In this document: positions 29,385 to 39,647 of the stretch, one piece after another
How the letters are laid out: each line of letters opens with the position of its first letter
Numbering within the stretch: position 1 is the stretch's first letter
From: Agarilytica sp.
GTDB lineage: Bacteria; Pseudomonadota; Gammaproteobacteria; Pseudomonadales; Cellvibrionaceae
Direction of reading: 5' to 3'
Assembly (NCBI GenBank): GCA_033852175.1
Contig: JAWSUY010000001.1
Coordinates: 463,408-527,407 of the forward strand
DNA: 64,000 bases
Made by a program: the position numbers and the translations under genes
Notes under the pieces: model-generated
Databases searched by the model: none
Seen by the model: the letters and a program-made list of their open reading frames with translations, nothing else
What the model was told of the DNA's origin: nothing

Positions 29385-29933
29385 TTAGAATAATTTCTTA
29401 TGAAACTCAGATCGCCTAGACACGGGAATGGTCGACAATAAATCCATCACTTCCCCCTCCTTATCAAACCTGTCCTTCGAATTACTATCCGAGGAAATAC
29501 CCTCCATAATGGAAAGAGCCTCCTGATAAACTGAATCAATTTCAGCTTCACCTAATTCCGATTTTTTCAGCGCGCCATTTGAATTAATGTTAGTTCCATC
29601 ATTAGATTCAGACAGATCATCGATCCTGTCCGAGAAGGACTCTAACTGGTATGCAATTTCGTTAATTTTATCCGCCAAATAATCTACCCCTCCTCCTTCA
29701 CATTGGTCAGACCTTCCAGAATCAGCCTGAACTTTGTTAGCAATGGATACAGAAATTATTTCCCTCTCATCCTTTTTATCGCTATGCATATCACGCGACA
29801 AAGAAACCTCATCACGGGGAAAATCATGGCCATGAGGCAAAAAATATTGAGCAGCCACTTGAACGCCAACCAGCGTAATAATTAGGGTTATAAACTGAAC
29901 TTTCGACACAGAAAAACTCCTTTTGATTTTCAT
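29385..29933 (-). CDS. Secreted acidic protein, hypothetical
   Basis: N-terminal hydrophobic signal/anchor; Asp/Glu/Ser-rich remainder. Confidence 0.45.
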   Translation of the reverse strand: MKIKRSFSVSKVQFITLIITLVGVQVAAQYFLPHGHDFPRDEVSLSRDMHSDKKDEREIISVSIANKVQADSGRSDQCEGGGVDYLADKINEIAYQLESFSDRIDDLSESNDGTNINSNGALKKSELGEAEIDSVYQEALSIMEGISSDSNSKDRFDKEGEVMDLLSTIPVSRRSEFHKKLF

Positions 29934-30540
29934 ATGAAACTATTTTTTCATTACCCGACGCACACGTGTAACGTACATACACACCAAACTTCCGTAAGCC
30001 CACAAATTACAGACGTCAAAATCTGTAATCTCAGAACAGAAACATTACAAGCTGTGTTAAAGATTAATTTATCGAGTTAATATTTTTAAGGATTATGCGT
30101 TGCAATAAAACGCATAAGCGAGAGGGGGTAGACCTGCATGTTTTTAAATGTTTTTTTACGGGAAACGGTAACTGTGCGTATAAAGTAGAGCCAATTGAAT
30201 TCAATCATTACTGGTCATTCCGTGATTAGTAGTCCATGTCAAAATATATTATTAGCAAACATGTTAACCATCAATATATTTATTGAACACTGCAACAAAA
30301 CGTGACCCAGCTCACGCTACGAACGCCCGAAAAACAATTGAGGCGTCAGACCTAGAGATTTTGATGACGACAATAACACTTACTATTTTTCGAACACTGC
30401 GAATAGAACATCAAAACCCAGTAAACGAGTAAGAGCCTAGATATAGGATAGTAATACTGAGAAATTAAATATGCGTGTAATTATTAGACAGCCCACAGAA
30501 AGTGGAACAACAACCGAAAGGAGATATTCGGAAAACATTA

Positions 30541-30577
30541 AAAAAGCGCGAACATTTTCGCGCTTGCTTAGTTTTTG
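30541..30577 (-). terminator. Rho-independent terminator ending the minus-strand cluster
   Basis: On minus strand GCGCGAA-AATG-TTCGCGC followed by TTTTTT. Confidence 0.65.
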
Positions 30578-30580
30578 ACC

Positions 30581-30835
30581 TTAAGAAATCAGCTCTTCAA
30601 GCTCTTGCATTTTCTCGGCTAAAGCGGTGTCTATTTCACTAGACCTGATTCGTGAAACGATATTCTTCAATACTCGCTTTTCGTTGTCGTCGATAACACC
30701 GTCTCGCTTGGCGATGTACATCAGGTCATTAAGTTCTTTCGCATCTAACTTACCATCTGCGAAACAATCTATTGAACGAAACGTAAGTTCTAAATAATCA
30801 CGACTTTCCATACTGTCTTCCTTTTTATTTATCAA
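30581..30835 (-). CDS. Small helical protein with TerB-like ADG...E motif, hypothetical
   Basis: 84 aa; FADGKLDAKELNDLMYIAKRDGVIDDNEKRVL resembles TerB/DjlA-N family motifs; start overlaps upstream gene by 11 nt. Confidence 0.35.
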   Translation of the reverse strand: MINKKEDSMESRDYLELTFRSIDCFADGKLDAKELNDLMYIAKRDGVIDDNEKRVLKNIVSRIRSSEIDTALAEKMQELEELIS

Positions 30836-31367
30836 AGTTTGTTGTTAAATAGTGTTTTATGTCTGGCATACTTTTATGCGAGTCCAGCCATTCCTTGAAT
30901 ATTTTCACTTTAGCAAAGTCATCTTCGCCAATTAATCGGCTAAAATGCTCATCCCATTTTTTTTGCTCGCGATCCTTGCGGATTTTCCGCTGCCAACTAT
31001 CGGTGAAAATGTTGGCCAGGTCGCCGTGTAGCTCCAAGCTTTTAAGTAATGTCCATTCACCTGAGTCTAGCCATGCTTCGTCGCAATGAGCACACAGATC
31101 GACGCGATTGTCCTGCTCCAGGCCTATTCGGTATTTGGTCATTAACTTACTGCATTTGGGGCATATTTTGGCGCTCTTACTATCTTCGGCTTCGACTGCA
31201 TCAACATCATGGCCACAAACCTCTGGGCCTCTTTGATTCTCAGCCCAATAGCGGTACTGAAATAGGGATAGCAATACGCCGGTACAAGATTCACAGCCAG
31301 CACCGACTAGGCCGTGCTCAACTTCCGTTGGTAATAGGGCTGCTGTTTTACAACTAGGGCATTTCAT
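30825..31367 (-). CDS. Double zinc-ribbon protein
   Basis: Two Cys4 ribbons (CPSCKT...CESCTG and CPKCSK...CAHCDE) followed by a basic helical tail. Confidence 0.5.
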   Translation of the reverse strand: MKCPSCKTAALLPTEVEHGLVGAGCESCTGVLLSLFQYRYWAENQRGPEVCGHDVDAVEAEDSKSAKICPKCSKLMTKYRIGLEQDNRVDLCAHCDEAWLDSGEWTLLKSLELHGDLANIFTDSWQRKIRKDREQKKWDEHFSRLIGEDDFAKVKIFKEWLDSHKSMPDIKHYLTTNFDK

Positions 31368-31438
31368 ATTCTTACCTCTTCTCTTTCCGCTTATGTGTCA
31401 GCGTTTTGTACTTATTCTTAATTTTGACTTCTTATGGC

Positions 31439-31996
31439 TTATTTCTTTCGAGAGGCTTTAGGGCGAGTTAGCACATAGGCCGCAAACACGCCCGCCAAAG
31501 CACCGAATAGATGCGATTCGAAAGAGACGTGAGGGTTTGACGGTAATACCCCCCAAATCATACCGCCATAAAATACGGCCACAAATACTGCGATCACGAT
31601 ATTGAGAAAACTACGCTGGAACCAAGCCACCGCTATCGAAAGGCTCCATAAACCAAAGATCCATCCACTGGCCCCGATATGTGTAGCCCCTGAGCGAGCG
31701 AATAACCATACCAAAATACCCGTTAAACAAATAATAATCGCACTGGCTTTGATAAAAAAGTTAGTGCCTCGAATGAGGCTCAAGGCACTAAACACAGCCA
31801 TCCCGACTAGGTTATTCATTAAATGCGACCAACTGCCGTGTAACCAAGGTGCCGTTATGATGTAGGGCAGGGTACTAATATCACCGGGACGAATACCGAA
31901 AACCGATAGTTGGTTGCTCAATACGACGTTTGCGATATGAATCACAATCATCGCTAAGCACGGGTAAACAATCAGTTTTACTTTTCTATCTAACAT
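31439..31996 (-). CDS. Rhomboid-family intramembrane serine protease
   Basis: 6-TM; catalytic GASGWIFG (GxSG) and downstream HLFGALAG histidine helix. Confidence 0.8.
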   Translation of the reverse strand: MLDRKVKLIVYPCLAMIVIHIANVVLSNQLSVFGIRPGDISTLPYIITAPWLHGSWSHLMNNLVGMAVFSALSLIRGTNFFIKASAIIICLTGILVWLFARSGATHIGASGWIFGLWSLSIAVAWFQRSFLNIVIAVFVAVFYGGMIWGVLPSNPHVSFESHLFGALAGVFAAYVLTRPKASRKK

Positions 31997-32006
31997 CTTT
32001 TACGTT

Positions 32007-35000
32007 TTAGGGATTGGGCTTTGGTTTAGGCTCTGATTTGGGTCTGGACTTGGTTTTGGCCTTTTCCAGATTTCCGGATTTTTGTTGCCTTTCCAAAGAG
32101 CGCAGCTGCTGTAAGACTTCTGTCATTTTTTCATGGGTACCTAAATCGATATCCAACTTTTTATCCATGCTGCGCACCAACGGGAAGATACTGCTTTCTA
32201 TGGTCGTCGCCAGTACACGTAGAAGCTTATCAATACCGGGCACCGGTTCGTTAACGACTTCAACGTTGGGCTCACTATCAATAATTGCCTGCTTAATTTC
32301 TCCTAGCGCCGAAAGAAAGACTTTTTCTTTTCCTTCATCACTTTGAAATTCTTTCTTAGCGATTTGCTTATTCAGACGATTCTGAAGCTTCGCTTCTCGC
32401 GAGATATGTGCGGTTGCATCTGCAATCGTTTGCACACTGCCGGCCAAATCCAATAATTGGCCAACCACTTTTTGACCTGTATCTGTCGAACCACCACCCA
32501 TAGCTTTATTGCGAATAAAATCTTCTTTTATTTTCGTCCAGCGTGCTTGCTCTACATCTGTCATGTTGCCGCGCAATTCAGCAAGCTTGAGTAGGTTTTC
32601 TTCTGCACCAGCTGTGAGTAGTTGTGCTTCACCAAGATAATGATCATGGATCAGCTGCATCATTTCTTCGTGGTTCATCACTGCCGAAATTTTCTCACCC
32701 ATTTTATTCATATTGCGATAGCTGCCTTGCAATTTGAATGAGGGTTCGGTTCGATATTCCTCTGCCTGAGCAGCCGATGCAATGTATTGTTTGTTGACTT
32801 TCAATACCACATCGCGAATCACGAACATCTTTTTCAGGATGTCGACAATTTCATTAACTTCAGCGCCGCTGTATTGGTGGCCGAAATCAGTGGTGGTAAC
32901 TTCTTTACCATTAGCCATATCGACAAATAGATAGACGTCTTTCATTTCCCGTGTTGCCAAGGGAGCCAGAACAGCGTTGGAGGTTAAACTGTTTTCTATA
33001 TAGCTAAGCTCGAACTGTTCATCCATTCCACCTAAAATATCGCCGAGGTTATAAATGTCCGCACGGTTTGCCAGCATGTCCGGAATTTTGAACATTTCGC
33101 CAGATTCGGTATAGGGGTTACCCGCCATTACCACACAGAATTTTTTGCCGCGCATATCATAGGTTTTGGTATCACCTCGCCATACACCTTCAATCCGGCG
33201 CGTACCATCACAAAGGGATATAAACTTCTGTAGAAATTCGGGGTGAGTGTGCTGGATATCATCGAGATACAACATGACGTTGTTACCCATTTCCAACGCG
33301 AGGTTTATTTTTTCAAGCTCTTGCTTCGATGTCGCATTTGAGGCCTGGGAAGGATCAAGCGAAAGAACATCGTGACCCAACGACGGGCAGTTGATCTTCA
33401 TAAAGATCAAACCCAAGCGGCTCGCGACATATTCCATCAATGTCGTTTTACCGTAGCCAGGAGGTGAAATCATCATCAACAAGCCCATCAAATCTGTACG
33501 CTTGGTATCACCAATCGTGCCCATTTGTTTAGCCAAGTTATCGCCAATAATGGGTAAGTAGGAATCGTTAATTAGCTTGTTGCGAACGAAAGAACTTAAC
33601 GGACGCGGCTTGAATTCCTCTAGCCTTAGAGATTTCCGTTCACGCGTCGACACTTCCTGCCGAATTTTGAGGTAGCTTTGGTAATTGGGAATGTGTGTAG
33701 CGACGTGATCATTTAAACGCATGATAAAATCGTCTAATGAGAATTGTAAGCATCGATTCTTGATGATCGCATGCTCTCCCATCAATCCTTCAACCGAGAT
33801 TTCCAATTCCGCTTCTGTCAGACGACGGTCAATGCGCTCATCTGCGTTGATCAGGCCAGCGGCTTCTGGGATATAGCGCGCTAATGATTCTAGCCCTTTT
33901 TCCGCGACCATTGCGCTCAACCATGCGCAGGATAGATTCCAACGTTCTGCTGGCCAACCCATCATTTTTTCTAATGCGGTTTGAAAACGACGCCAGCTTT
34001 CATCATCAAGAGAACGACGAAGCTCACTCGCCAATCGCTGAGCATATTTACTGCCGATAAATTCTGCTCGCTCTCGTCCAAGCTCTTGTACAAGGTAATC
34101 AGCTGCGCGAGCGATATCCAGCTCCGAAAGCTCCATTGGATGTATGGTGATAAATTCGTGCATTGCCGATCGAACTTCGATTGCCAATAATTTTTGTGCC
34201 TCATTACTCGAAAATACATTATGCATTTGCATCGCGGATTGAGCACGCTCAGTCCACGTTTCGAAAGTCAGACGTTTATTTTCGAGCTGTTCTGTAATTC
34301 GCTTTATATTGACCCAAAATACCTGAGCAAAGCCACGACAAAGCGGATCAAATCGAAGTAAGTCTGCCGACTGTAACGCAGGCATTAGTTTTTGGAGAAT
34401 TTTTACCGCATCGTAATCGTGAATGCCTTTCTCATAACCTTCTTTATAGCGAGGTCCAGCAAAGTCTTTTACGATTTTGCCGATTTCTTTATCGTCCAAA
34501 CACGCACTGTTCAGCACTTCGAGGTTTAAGCCATTCTGCTCTAACTCTGCTTGACGCAAAATACTATACGCAAGGTATTCAGCACGGTAAACAATGTCAC
34601 TTTCTGAGATAACACTAATATCCCAGTAGGGCTTTAATTCAAGTAATTCATCATCGATTATCGGCTCAAAGTAGTCAGTGCCGCTAAGGTGGAGATTCAG
34701 ATAACCCGCTCGTGGAATAATCGTAAGGTCGAGTTCTTGTCGGTTAACGCTAAATTTGTGACGTGGCCCAAGCCTAATCACCGCACCACCTTCTTCGTAT
34801 ATATCCGATTTATCACGAAGGATGCGAATGGCTTGCTCTTTTACACTTTTAAAACGCGCGTCAATATCATCTGCTTTAACCGAGGCGTTCAATTCGCCAA
34901 GGCTTGCAACAAATTCTCGAATCTTCATGACCAGAGGATCAGCGGCAAAGTAAGTGTTTAATTGATCGACTTCAGTGAACTTGGATGATCGCCTCTCAAT

Positions 35001-37355
35001 GCTCTTAATCGCTCGCTCGGCAGCATCTGTAATGGACTGTGCTTTGCGTTGTTGCTGATCGATTAATTGTTGTTTATGCGATTCAAATACTTCGTAAATC
35101 TCGTCACGTTTGCCAATGATATCTGTTAAAAACTGGTCAAAACCACTGAACTGAGATTCTAATTCTTCTAGCTGTGCCAGTAAGCGTGACATTTGCTCAT
35201 CGCAGCTGTCGGGTGTATTGGCAAGGCTCAAGGCATTGGTGATGCTCTGTGAAAATAATTTGAACTGGGCCGAAAACTCAGCAGTCGCTTCTTCGCTGCC
35301 AATGCCTTTTTGTTTATGCTTGGCATTCGCTTTGACTTGGTTCAGTTTTGAATAGACTTCTGATATCGAATCGACGATACGCGTACGCACCGTCGCATCA
35401 TTTACTTTTAGCGTCGATAACAATTCTGAAAGCAAGTCTAGACCTGAAGCTGTTGCTTCGATCACTTCAATCAAAGGCTTCAGCTCAGCTACTGTACTGG
35501 CTGCTTCTAAGTCTTGATTAATATTGGAAATTTTATCAAGGTAAGGCGATAGGGCGTCTTCATTCCCCAAAAACGTGACGGTTTTTTCACTAAGATCTTG
35601 CTGAAGAGAAAGAAGCTCTTCTTCCATTTTTTCAATACGCGATACATCGATGTAGCGAAATTCTTTTATCGTCGCAAGATGGCCACGGGCATGACGTATT
35701 TTATCCAACGATATTACGTAATCCTCTGCCGTTTCCCAGGATGCGGAGCGGACTTCTGTCTCCAAACTGTCCAGTTTTCCCTCAGCATCTTTCAATGCTT
35801 TTACTGATTGCTGCCGGATACTCTGAACTTTTTCAAATTCGTCAATAGCCAACTCTGCTGTATTAGAGATCTCCTTCAATACACCAGGAATATCACCAAG
35901 CTCACCTTCTGACACCCAATAGTGATCGTCGAATATTTTGAGTGACGCTTTACTGAGCTCTTCATAAAGTCTTACAGAGACCGATTGATTATCAATGGCT
36001 CGGCACACACTGTATAAGTCAGAAACACCTCGTACGAGTTGAGCATTACCGATACGGCCATAAAAGGTTTTGCTTTCTGGTTGGTTACTGGCGAACTCGT
36101 CACTTACGTAAGGCGTTACCCAGATTTGCATGGGGTGAACGCGGGTTGGCTCATCGTCTGCAGAAAACAAAACAAGCATGCCGTTTTCCGCTAAAGCATA
36201 ACCATGACCATATATAGGGTTTTGAATTTTTTTGTTAATGACGTTGTAACCGAGCAACGCTACCGTGCCTTTCACTTGCTCGTAGAAAATAAAGAATACA
36301 TCTTCACCATTGGGTGAACGAATCGATCTTTTAAATTTCAAACCTTCATGCTCGTCACCAAAGGTTTTGTACTCACCGGACTGCAAATAGTATCCACCGG
36401 GGAAAATAATCCCATGGTCCTCTGGTAGCTGTACGCAAGACGCACCGATGGCATCAATCCGTATGACACTTTCCGTTATGATATTAAACACAAAGAAACG
36501 CCATTGCTCTTCTTGATAAGGAAGAATTTTAATAAGAATGAGATCGCCAAGGCGTGCGTAGCTGTACTCACCATCGTCAAGCGATTGCGTTTTATTGTCT
36601 ACAGGTTCCCGATATATCCCTAGGCCATCTTGCGTATTATCTTCAATTTTTACGGTTAAATCACCGCCGAGACATTCAACAAACACGCTATCAAGAATAT
36701 TAAGATGTGCATGTTTACCATTAACGATATTTTCGCGTGTACATTCGATCCATTCGAAATCATATTCCGGCGGTAATTGTATGTCGCGCTCACCACGGTT
36801 ATCGATATACTCTAATGACCCATCGGGGGAAACAGCCCAGCGAAACACGCGAATATCTTCTATGCGCTCACCGATTTGAAAGCCCATCAAAAGCTTACCG
36901 TCTTTGATGGTTAGTTCTTGTAACTTAGTTTGCTTGTAGTAGTGATAGAGCTCTTGAAAATCCTTAACGAAACGAACGTCAGATAAAAATGTGGTCGTTT
37001 CGTCGACTTCTTGTAAGTCAAAATTATCGTCTTTCTCCGTCAGAGAAAAAATAGAGAAGACGTCTTCGACTTGGGTTTCTTTTTTTAGACCAATAAAAAC
37101 GTTGTAACCGAATAGAAGATAATTACCCACTTGAACAATATCACGTGCTACACAATTATTTTCTGTTCTAATACGCACGCGCGCAGCCACGTTCATATCG
37201 GCGCTGCCGAATTCCTCTAACCGCGATTGATTCAATTTTGCAACTTGGGTATTGAGTTCTCGTCCTCTTTCCAGAAGCCGTTTTTTTATAACTTCATAAG
37301 CCCCTCCTTCGGCTACTGCAGCATCCACTATATTTTCAGCAACGGCTTCTGACAT
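32007..37355 (-). CDS. Giant (1782 aa) multidomain protein with MoxR/AAA_5-like AAA+ ATPase core (residues about 1280-1480) and extensive coiled coils
   Basis: Walker A ISPPGYGKTTLM (DNA about 33437-33460), Walker B VMLYLDDIQH (about 33249-33280), then MAGNPYTESGEMFKIPDMLANRADIYNL, which parallels the MoxR ATQNP...LPEAQLDRF sensor/arginine region. About 1250 aa of N-terminal sequence has no recognised domain. Lys/Pro-rich C-terminal tail; 10 bp from rhomboid and 17 bp from the Gly-zipper gene. Confidence 0.7.
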   Translation of the reverse strand: MSEAVAENIVDAAVAEGGAYEVIKKRLLERGRELNTQVAKLNQSRLEEFGSADMNVAARVRIRTENNCVARDIVQVGNYLLFGYNVFIGLKKETQVEDVFSIFSLTEKDDNFDLQEVDETTTFLSDVRFVKDFQELYHYYKQTKLQELTIKDGKLLMGFQIGERIEDIRVFRWAVSPDGSLEYIDNRGERDIQLPPEYDFEWIECTRENIVNGKHAHLNILDSVFVECLGGDLTVKIEDNTQDGLGIYREPVDNKTQSLDDGEYSYARLGDLILIKILPYQEEQWRFFVFNIITESVIRIDAIGASCVQLPEDHGIIFPGGYYLQSGEYKTFGDEHEGLKFKRSIRSPNGEDVFFIFYEQVKGTVALLGYNVINKKIQNPIYGHGYALAENGMLVLFSADDEPTRVHPMQIWVTPYVSDEFASNQPESKTFYGRIGNAQLVRGVSDLYSVCRAIDNQSVSVRLYEELSKASLKIFDDHYWVSEGELGDIPGVLKEISNTAELAIDEFEKVQSIRQQSVKALKDAEGKLDSLETEVRSASWETAEDYVISLDKIRHARGHLATIKEFRYIDVSRIEKMEEELLSLQQDLSEKTVTFLGNEDALSPYLDKISNINQDLEAASTVAELKPLIEVIEATASGLDLLSELLSTLKVNDATVRTRIVDSISEVYSKLNQVKANAKHKQKGIGSEEATAEFSAQFKLFSQSITNALSLANTPDSCDEQMSRLLAQLEELESQFSGFDQFLTDIIGKRDEIYEVFESHKQQLIDQQQRKAQSITDAAERAIKSIERRSSKFTEVDQLNTYFAADPLVMKIREFVASLGELNASVKADDIDARFKSVKEQAIRILRDKSDIYEEGGAVIRLGPRHKFSVNRQELDLTIIPRAGYLNLHLSGTDYFEPIIDDELLELKPYWDISVISESDIVYRAEYLAYSILRQAELEQNGLNLEVLNSACLDDKEIGKIVKDFAGPRYKEGYEKGIHDYDAVKILQKLMPALQSADLLRFDPLCRGFAQVFWVNIKRITEQLENKRLTFETWTERAQSAMQMHNVFSSNEAQKLLAIEVRSAMHEFITIHPMELSELDIARAADYLVQELGRERAEFIGSKYAQRLASELRRSLDDESWRRFQTALEKMMGWPAERWNLSCAWLSAMVAEKGLESLARYIPEAAGLINADERIDRRLTEAELEISVEGLMGEHAIIKNRCLQFSLDDFIMRLNDHVATHIPNYQSYLKIRQEVSTRERKSLRLEEFKPRPLSSFVRNKLINDSYLPIIGDNLAKQMGTIGDTKRTDLMGLLMMISPPGYGKTTLMEYVASRLGLIFMKINCPSLGHDVLSLDPSQASNATSKQELEKINLALEMGNNVMLYLDDIQHTHPEFLQKFISLCDGTRRIEGVWRGDTKTYDMRGKKFCVVMAGNPYTESGEMFKIPDMLANRADIYNLGDILGGMDEQFELSYIENSLTSNAVLAPLATREMKDVYLFVDMANGKEVTTTDFGHQYSGAEVNEIVDILKKMFVIRDVVLKVNKQYIASAAQAEEYRTEPSFKLQGSYRNMNKMGEKISAVMNHEEMMQLIHDHYLGEAQLLTAGAEENLLKLAELRGNMTDVEQARWTKIKEDFIRNKAMGGGSTDTGQKVVGQLLDLAGSVQTIADATAHISREAKLQNRLNKQIAKKEFQSDEGKEKVFLSALGEIKQAIIDSEPNVEVVNEPVPGIDKLLRVLATTIESSIFPLVRSMDKKLDIDLGTHEKMTEVLQQLRSLERQQKSGNLEKAKTKSRPKSEPKPKPNP

Positions 37356-37372
37356 CGATCTATTCCTTAAAT

Positions 37373-37621
37373 TTATTCTGAGTCGGCAGAGTGAATCTGC
37401 ACCTCTTTTTCGGATCCTTTACTGGAGTCAGCAGGGCTAACTTCAGTGTATTGCTCAAGCGCCCAAGCGATGGTGGCGCCGAGACCGGCCCCGACCATCG
37501 TGTTTTTTACCATGTCGCCTTTGGTAGCGCCTAACAGCGCTCCAATGGCAGCGCCGATACCGGCACCTTTTTTGATATCGTCTTGGGAGATGCTTTCGAG
37601 CAGGTCAGTGATTTCTTTCAT
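37373..37621 (-). CDS. Small glycine-zipper protein
   Basis: GAGIGAAIGALLGATKG...VGAGLGATIAWA GxxxG-type zipper repeats; 82 aa. Confidence 0.5.
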   Translation of the reverse strand: MKEITDLLESISQDDIKKGAGIGAAIGALLGATKGDMVKNTMVGAGLGATIAWALEQYTEVSPADSSKGSEKEVQIHSADSE

Positions 37622-37651
37622 TAGAATTCCTCTGTCTGGTTTTATGCTCGA

Positions 37652-39625
37652 TTAGCTGACGTCTTTTTCTTTGCTAGAGGATTCCATCACTTTGCCTAAT
37701 ATCGCTTGTATGGTTCCGCTTTTCTCAGCTAAGCCGTCAATTGCTTTACCAATGGATAAGGATTTAGCAAAGTTGTTAAAGAAGTGATCTTCACCACCGA
37801 CAATATCAATTTTCGCTTTTTCCAGAGCTGTTGCGAGTACTTCTGCATTTTCTTTCGCAATTTCTTTACCTGCATCAAGAGTCGCAAGCGCTTCTTTAAG
37901 TGCAGTCTCTAATCCCATACGGAATTCTTCATGCTCACGTGCATCAGTACTCATGCTGTTCATCGCCTGGAACTTATCAACAAGGCCGTCGGCTTCCGCT
38001 TTAAACTTCTGACGAATAACTTCAGCTTCAGCAAAACCGGTTTCATTGGTCGCCTTCGCTTCAGATGTACCTTTAAGCGCAACAACATCTGCTTCTGCGG
38101 TACCTACGTTAGCAACAACACTTGCTTCCGATTCACCTTTAGCTGCAACAACGCGCGCTTCAGACTCACCTTTAGCAGCAACAACATGTGCTTCGGCTAG
38201 ACCTTCTTTTTCAAGCGCATCCGCTTTGGCTTCTTGTACTTTCGCATCCGCAAGGCCTGGGGCAGCTCGTTCTGCTTGTGTACCTTCTGCCAGTTTTTTC
38301 TTCGCATCGGCTTCTTTTGCAGAAGCTTCTAAGTTAGCTTGCGCTAGAACCGTGATTTCACCCGCTTTATGCTTCGCTGATAGCTCTTCAGATTCTGCGC
38401 GCTTAACTTCTTTGACTTTAGCTTCTTCTGCTTTTGCTTCGGCTTCTAATACTTGCACTTGCTTCAGTCGATCCGCTTCAGAAACTTCTCGAACTTCTTT
38501 GATTTTCTCTTCTTCGATTGCGACAGATTTGTCCACAACAATTCGTTCACGAATAACGTTAGCAATTTCTTTACGTTCGACTTCAACAGCTTTTTCAGCT
38601 TCGATACGTTGCAGCTCAACTTCACGTTCACGTGATACGATTTCGAGATCTCTTGCCCGTGTTACTTTTTCAATTTCAATAACAACAGCGCGCTGACGAT
38701 TTTGCTCAGCAACTTCAATTTCACGTTTTTGATTTTCGGTTTGAACTGCAAGTTCTTGATCAGAAGCAATCGTTGCGCTTTCAGACTTGAGACGCTCCTC
38801 TTCTTGCACTCGAATAGTTTCAGCATCTTCTCTAGCTTGAACAGTTGCAACTTCGCGCCCCTGCCTTGCTTCTGCATCCGCTTGTTGACGCTCTAGCTCC
38901 AACATAGACTCAATAGTTTCGACATTTTTCTTTTTGATAGCGAGTTCTTCATCACGCTCAAAGACATTAGTTTTTACATTTTGCGCTGCGGTTAGTTCGG
39001 TAATTTTCCGAATACCTTCAGCATCGAGAATATTATTGGGATCAAGCTGGCTTTTCGGCGTCTGCTCTAGGTAATCAATCGCAACATCTTCAAGGATATA
39101 GCCATTGAGATCATCACCAATGACTTCAATAATTTTGTCTCGGAATTTTTGTCGATCTTCAAACAAATTCACAAATTCAATTTGTTTTCCAACCGTTTTC
39201 AATGCTTCTGAAAATTTTGCGTTAAATAGGTCGTTAACCGCCTGTTTGTCTGACGCTCTTCTAGCACCTAATGACTTCGCCACTTTCAACACATCATCAG
39301 CCGTTTCGTTAACCCGTAGGTAAAACGCTACCGTGATATCAGCACGCATATTATCCAGGCAGATTAGGCCGTCTTGACCGCGTCTATCCACTTCCATGGT
39401 GATAAGCGATATACGCATAAGTTCTTTTTTATGAATAACGGGGTAAACAAAAGTCCCGGTGAAAAACACCTTCGGCTTGGACCCCATGTCATTTTTGATT
39501 AGTGCAACTCCTTGCTCTACCTTGACGTAAAAGAATTTGAACCACATGGGAATGGCCAAAACCATCAGCAAAATAACTCCACTGAAAACGAATAGACCAC
39601 CCATTTGTTCGATAAACTGAGACAT
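37652..39625 (-). CDS. yqiK: Flotillin-family SPFH/band-7 protein (YqiK-like)
   Basis: N-terminal TM, SPFH domain, and long Glu/Ala/Lys/Arg-rich coiled coil with 11-aa tandem repeats; architecture collinear with E. coli YqiK. Confidence 0.8.
   Translation of the reverse strand: MSQFIEQMGGLFVFSGVILLMVLAIPMWFKFFYVKVEQGVALIKNDMGSKPKVFFTGTFVYPVIHKKELMRISLITMEVDRRGQDGLICLDNMRADITVAFYLRVNETADDVLKVAKSLGARRASDKQAVNDLFNAKFSEALKTVGKQIEFVNLFEDRQKFRDKIIEVIGDDLNGYILEDVAIDYLEQTPKSQLDPNNILDAEGIRKITELTAAQNVKTNVFERDEELAIKKKNVETIESMLELERQQADAEARQGREVATVQAREDAETIRVQEEERLKSESATIASDQELAVQTENQKREIEVAEQNRQRAVVIEIEKVTRARDLEIVSREREVELQRIEAEKAVEVERKEIANVIRERIVVDKSVAIEEEKIKEVREVSEADRLKQVQVLEAEAKAEEAKVKEVKRAESEELSAKHKAGEITVLAQANLEASAKEADAKKKLAEGTQAERAAPGLADAKVQEAKADALEKEGLAEAHVVAAKGESEARVVAAKGESEASVVANVGTAEADVVALKGTSEAKATNETGFAEAEVIRQKFKAEADGLVDKFQAMNSMSTDAREHEEFRMGLETALKEALATLDAGKEIAKENAEVLATALEKAKIDIVGGEDHFFNNFAKSLSIGKAIDGLAEKSGTIQAILGKVMESSSKEKDVS
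38040..38210. repeat. About 33-bp tandem repeats inside the flotillin gene (encode AKGESEA(R/S)VVA repeats)
   Basis: Repeated ...CACCTTTAGCAGCAACAAC(A/G)... units visible on the plus strand. Confidence 0.6.
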
Positions 39626-39647
39626 TACTTACTCCTTAAAATTAGAC

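Noticed and set aside
38046-38696. 216-aa plus-strand ORF (Ser/Ala/Thr-rich) antisense to the flotillin gene
   Set aside because: Low-complexity translation that arises from the reverse complement of GAA/GCA-rich coiled-coil codons; it lies entirely within a well-supported minus-strand gene.
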